Source of the DNA: Thermoplasmatales archaeon
Lineage (GTDB): Archaea > Thermoplasmatota > Thermoplasmata > Thermoplasmatales > Thermoplasmataceae
DNA length: 64,000 nt
Direction of reading: 5' to 3'
Assembly (NCBI GenBank): GCA_027310185.1
Contig: DAIDBH010000006.1
Location: forward strand, 32,001-96,000
Shown here: positions 61,922 through 64,000 of the stretch, piece by piece
Numbering within the stretch: the first letter of the stretch is position 1
Layout: the number at the start of each line of letters is the position of its first letter
Notes under the pieces: generated by a model
Told to the model about the DNA's origin: nothing
The model's database searches: none
What the model saw: only the letters and a program-made list of their open reading frames with translations
Program-made: the position numbers and the translations under genes

Positions 61922-62151
61922 TCCACCTTTTTGATTATGGCCTTGTAATGGGATTCTGGTGCGAAAACCCTGCTTTTCAGTATTTTATCCCTGGGGTTTT
62001 CTGTATCGTCCAGTATGAGGCTACCCATACCTTTCCTGTAATCGATATTAACATCTCTTGCCCCTATTTTTTCCATTTCATTTTTTATGGCAAACGCACA
62101 GTCCTCGCAGGTCATTCCATAGATTTTGAGTTCAATTTTCCTTTCTACCAT
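61918..62151 (-). CDS. Heavy-metal-associated (HMA) metallochaperone
   Basis: GMTCEDCA; overlaps the merA start. Confidence 0.9.
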   Translation of the reverse strand: MVERKIELKIYGMTCEDCAFAIKNEMEKIGARDVNIDYRKGMGSLILDDTENPRDKILKSRVFAPESHYKAIIKKVE

Positions 62152-62185
62152 ATATGGAAATTGATGCCATGCATAAATAGGGCAA

Positions 62186-62203
62186 AGTAAACTTTTGTTT
62201 ACT
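62186..62203. promoter_or_regulatory. Palindromic operator in the mer divergent promoter
   Basis: AGTAAAC-TTTT-GTTTACT. Confidence 0.55.
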
Positions 62204-62236
62204 AAAAGATTATATTATTTTCAAACTTCTGTTCAT

Positions 62237-62608
62237 ATGGATGAATATTCAAGGAGGCAGAACAGGCTTGAGATTTGCATGATAGAAGTAGACGGCAAAA
62301 AACTTTGTATTGATCCTTCACTGCCTGTTCTCAGGGTACTATCCAGGAAATATTCTCTCCTTGTTATGCTTAGCATTAAGATCAATGGCATAAACTCCAA
62401 CTTCAATAATGTAAAATCGCACATCCCCCTATCCAGTTCTACAATAATTTCGAAGAGACTCAGGGAACTGCTAGATTCAGGTCTCATATACAAGAATAAT
62501 ACAGATGGGAGGTTGACCTACAGTCTTACAAAGTTTGGTACTGAGGTACTGACTTCCCTCGAACCTTTCATTAAACTTGTGAGCGATGAGGAAATATCAA
62601 AAGATTAA
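62237..62608 (+). CDS. HxlR-family winged-helix regulator
   Basis: LSRKYSLLV, FNNVK, IISKRLRELLDSGLI, YSLTKFG. Confidence 0.85.
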   Translation: MDEYSRRQNRLEICMIEVDGKKLCIDPSLPVLRVLSRKYSLLVMLSIKINGINSNFNNVKSHIPLSSSTIISKRLRELLDSGLIYKNNTDGRLTYSLTKFGTEVLTSLEPFIKLVSDEEISKD

Positions 62609-62610
62609 TC

Positions 62611-63609
62611 TCATTTTGTCTTTTCTGTGATCTTTTCCCTCATTTCCCTTATAATCCTTTCATAATTGAATGATGGCATCTCCTTTTCATAAAGAACCAC
62701 TGCGAGAGGCGAGAGTTCAACAGTTATCTGGTTCGTCCTGTATATTTCCACGTCTCTCCTCATTGTCTTCAACTCATCCTGGAGTCTTTCCGCAATACCA
62801 TCAACAACCAGTTCCTTTGAATTGGATAGGCCTCCACCTATCATTATGGCATCCGGGTCGAATATATTTACCAGATTGGCAACCCCTCTAGTCATGTTTT
62901 CAACCACCTTGTCTACAACACGGATACATTCCTTATCTCCTGCCTCTGCACCATCAAAAACATGCCTTGCCTCCAGCTTTTCAGTGGGAATTTTCTTCAG
63001 GTAGGGCGATTTAGCATAGGTGTTCATCGCTTCCATTATTCTCAGTGTCCCCTTTCCTCCAGCCATGATTTCAAAACAGCCCCTTCTTCCACATCCACAT
63101 ATGGGGCCTAGAGGATCAATTACCATGTGGCCAAATTCTCCTGCCATTCCAAGGGACCCCCTGTATATCCTGTTATTGATGAATACCCCTCCTCCAATGC
63201 CTGTGCTCATTGTGATATAAAGGAAGTTATCCTGCGATTTGCCGTTCCCAAATATCTTCTCTGAAATGGCCGTTGCTGTGGCGTCATTTTCTATATACAC
63301 TATTTTTCCAAGTCTCTCTTCTAGCATTTTTGAGAATTCAATCTCCGTTCCACCAAACAGGTTTGGAGAAGATCTTATTATGCCACGTCTAGCATCGACT
63401 GCCCCTGCAATAACAACGGAAATAGCATCTGGAATTCTTCCAGTTTCTTCCTCTATACTGTCTACCATGTTACCTATGAGTTCTACCATCTCCGCTGGAG
63501 AGTTGAATTTAGGAGTCTTAATCTTAAGCCTCTTATGGATTTCACCATTACTCTCGGAAAGAAATACGGAAATTTTCGATCCACCTATATCAAATCCCAG
63601 TACGTCCAG
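62611..63609 (-). CDS. ROK-family sugar kinase (probable CTG start)
   Basis: GFDIGGSK upstream of the track start; ENDA, STGIGGG, GEFGH, CGCGRRGCFE. Confidence 0.9.
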   Translation of the reverse strand: MDVLGFDIGGSKISVFLSESNGEIHKRLKIKTPKFNSPAEMVELIGNMVDSIEEETGRIPDAISVVIAGAVDARRGIIRSSPNLFGGTEIEFSKMLEERLGKIVYIENDATATAISEKIFGNGKSQDNFLYITMSTGIGGGVFINNRIYRGSLGMAGEFGHMVIDPLGPICGCGRRGCFEIMAGGKGTLRIMEAMNTYAKSPYLKKIPTEKLEARHVFDGAEAGDKECIRVVDKVVENMTRGVANLVNIFDPDAIMIGGGLSNSKELVVDGIAERLQDELKTMRRDVEIYRTNQITVELSPLAVVLYEKEMPSFNYERIIREMREKITEKTK

Positions 63610-64000
63610 AATCTACCACCTTTTTTACGACCAGTGTCAGGTTGTTTATACCTATAACAATCACATGTTCACCTTTTTCAATTCGTTCGCTTGATTCAGT
63701 TCTCGCTTTCCATCTTACCCCTTCAAGGGAAACCCATCCTTCTGGATCTATATCAGTATCTGCTGTGCCTTCACTGCCTATCATGGACTCCCATCCAGTA
63801 ACAGGTTTTCTCACCTGTGACTTTACGATTCTATTTATATAATAGGCTATAAAAGCAGCAATCAACAGTACAAGTATTGCAGTTATTATGAAAGAGTCGT
63901 TTATGGGTGATGGTGAATATCCTGAAGAATATGGTTGTGCAGTAAGATCATACTGGGGTGAGACCAGGAATAGTGTTCCTATGATATCCACGGCGACTCC
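63590..64000 (-). CDS. NfeD-family protein, C-terminal part (runs off the window)
   Basis: TM helix plus OB domain TGWESMIG...GWVSLEGVRWKA. Confidence 0.82.
   Translation of the reverse strand, partial: GVAVDIIGTLFLVSPQYDLTAQPYSSGYSPSPINDSFIITAILVLLIAAFIAYYINRIVKSQVRKPVTGWESMIGSEGTADTDIDPEGWVSLEGVRWKARTESSERIEKGEHVIVIGINNLTLVVKKVVDSGRTGI

Noticed and set aside
4591-63842. Many 60-160 aa antisense or nested ORFs in the track
   Set aside because: They shadow well-supported genes and show Ser/Phe/Ile-rich antisense composition
1-64000. CRISPR array, rRNA or IS transposase
   Set aside because: No regularly spaced 25-40 bp repeats, rRNA-like sequence or transposase motifs seen by eye

Overview
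Chromosomal segment of an acidophilic Thermoplasmatales-like archaeon. The assignment is inferred from Alba, PolD small subunit, bacterial-type gyrase, nurA-herA-mre11-rad50, GGTGA-type Shine-Dalgarno sites and an intron-containing tRNA-Trp. The first ~4 kb is the edge of a tRNA-targeted integration hotspot: one intact tyrosine integrase, one decayed paralog, three degenerate copies of a tRNA-3'-end att core, a toxin-antitoxin pair and a histidine phosphatase. The rest is mostly housekeeping: LUD/CCG lactate oxidation, DSB repair, SUF with a SufR-like regulator, Rqc2, PGI/PMI, arcA, NMD3, prenyl synthase plus Get3d, an amide catabolism cluster, PolD1, cytochrome bd, UbiD/UbiA, gyrBA, an orphan Dam-type methylase and a mer cluster. 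Elements the ORF track misses or does not explain include a probable three-hairpin H/ACA guide RNA (6856-7050), tRNA-Leu, tRNA-Trp with a C/D-box intron, L41e, a 30-aa membrane peptide, 10-bp-phased operator repeats around an RHH regulator between cydAB and ubiD/ubiA, a possible trans-acting IxI partner of Get3d, and probable CTG/ACG start codons. No CRISPR array or rRNA was seen. All calls are from manual reading; no database searches were run.
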